A stretch of DNA of 36,235 nucleotides from Octopus bimaculoides. Its lineage: Eukaryota. The translations under genes were made by a program, and so were the position numbers. Location of the stretch: assembly GCF_001194135.2 (NCBI RefSeq), contig NC_069006.1, positions 7,697,708 through 7,733,942 on the forward strand, given 5' to 3'. How positions within the stretch are numbered: position 1 is the stretch's first letter; every line of letters begins with the position of its first letter. Below the pieces are notes generated by a model, which had not been told where the DNA came from, made no database searches, and worked only from the letters and a program-made list of their open reading frames with translations. This document shows, in pieces, positions 34,733-36,235 of the stretch.

Positions 34733-34973
34733 CTTTATGGTTTGACGGCCAACACTTGTTTTCTTTACATTCCACGGCGTAATTGTTTGCACCTCAATAG
34801 ACGTCAGTGATTGGTTGAAATTACCGAAATACGACAATTTTTCACATGAAATAACTTCGAATACAAAATTTTTTATCTGTTCTATAACACAAAATATACA
34901 AATATTCGAAGTTTGAAAGTGTTTCGGTACCAAAAACACTACATAAAAAAATGTTGCCCGTCAAATCACAAAG
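34733..34973. mobile_element. Non-autonomous element carrying one arm of the 21.5-kb MITE family
   Basis: 34801-34921 is the reverse complement of 21485-21605. Short terminal IRs ctttatggtttgacggccaacac / atgttgcccgtcaaatcacaaag. Confidence 0.7.
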
Positions 34974-35214
34974 GTCCGGAAGGACACTTTGGACAATGTG
35001 GTTCGAAGTCGACACAGGATAAAGGTAGATCAATAAATAAATAAAATAAAAACAGACGGGGTAGTCATATCTGGCATGTTTTTTGTTTACAGTTGCAGGC
35101 TTGGTTGTGTGTTTAAGTTGTCTGCTTCGTAACCACGTGGATTCAAGTTCGATCTCATTCCGCAGCATATAGCACCCCTTGACGCACACACACAAACACA
35201 TCTATAGATACATA

Positions 35215-35592
35215 TACTCTTTTACTTGTTTCAGTCTTTTGACTGTGGCCATGCTGCAGCACCGCCTTTTAGTCGAGCAAACCGACCCCAGGACTTATTC
35301 TTTGGAAGCCTAGTACTTATTCTATGGGGTCTTTTGCCGAACCGCTAAGTTACGGAGACGTAAACACATCAGCATCGGTTGTCAAGTGATGTTGGGGGGA
35401 CAAACACAGACACACAAACATATATATACATATATACGACGGGCTTCTTTCAGTTTCCGTCTACCAAATCCACTCACAAGGCTTTGGTCGGCCCGAGGCT
35501 ATAGTAGAAAACACTTTCCCAAGATGCCACTCAGTGGGACTGAACCTGGAACCATGTGGTTGGTAAGCAAGCTACTTACCACACAGCCACTC
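35215..35592 (-). mobile_element. SINE family A, full length, little decayed
   Basis: Close to the reverse complement of 25043-25413. Confidence 0.92.
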
Positions 35593-35602
35593 TGGTTAAC
35601 CA

Positions 35603-36235
35603 TTCACAAGATCCGAGCTTTTCCCTCGTAACTTTTAGGAAAATGGGGGTTTTTTTTCAATGAAATTTTATAGAAATCCCTTTCAAACGGCATACATTAC
35701 GATTATAAAGAAAGGAGAGTATTGTAGTTCGCTTGAAGCATTGTGTATTGTTTGTAAAGAATAAAATGTTTTGACTGATACAGCAATGCACTATAATACA
35801 AAAAATGGACTATAATGACTGTTGTGAATTTAGTTATCTATAGTCTGATATGATATTGCAGAATAAAAATTCCTTCTTCAGATATCCCTAGGAACTGATG
35901 GAGTCGCTGCTATAATCGGTTTTCCAACGGATTTTATAAAAAGAAATTTGTGACGAAAAATTTTCCAAGAGGGTGGAGAGAGGACTTCGGAGAATTCACA
36001 AGATCCGAGCTTTTCCCTCGTAACTTTTAGGAAAATGGATTATTTTTCAATGAAATTTTATAGAAATGCCTTTCAAACGGCATACATTACGATTATAAAG
36101 AAATTTGTAGGGAAAATCTTTTCCAAAGGGGTGTGGAGAGGACTTCGAAAAATTCACAAGAACCGAACTTTTCCCTCATAACTTTTAGGAAAATGGGGGT
36201 TTTTTTCAATGAAATTTTATAGAAATACCTTTCAA
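35603..36235. repeat. 158-bp tandem repeat array running off the window end
   Basis: ttcacaagatccgagcttttccctcgtaacttttaggaaaatgg starts at 35603, 35995 and 36153 (third copy with a few substitutions). The first unit has ~234 extra bp. Confidence 0.9.

Noticed and set aside
9818-35592. tRNA-like A/B boxes and regularly recurring repeats that might suggest tRNA genes or a CRISPR array
   Set aside because: They are SINE heads without a full cloverleaf. The DNA is eukaryotic and has no repeat-spacer periodicity.

Overview
AT-rich, repeat-saturated animal genomic DNA from a gapped scaffold. The SINE and RTE families and the (TA)n/(CA)n density point to an octopus; this is inferred from recall, not searched. 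The only firmly identifiable gene is an uninterrupted 562-aa SIN1/MAPKAP1 (mTORC2 subunit) ORF at 800-2488 (+). It has no introns in its CDS, carries a trinucleotide-repeat Gly/Ser/Thr insertion and has a shortened C-terminus, so it is a retrogene candidate. A convergent, unidentified terminal coding exon lies at 6311-6493 (-). CpG-rich promoter-like zones occur at both ends of the window, and there are a few microexon candidates. The rest is a transposon landscape: three or four tRNA-derived SINE families (many in inverted pairs), RTE LINE 3' fragments, a decayed DD34D mariner, hAT, pogo-like, piggyBac-like and mariner MITEs, a palindromic MITE with a telomeric-repeat core, two unrelated ~157-bp tandem repeats and six N gaps. 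Most repeat boundaries were read by eye and are approximate.
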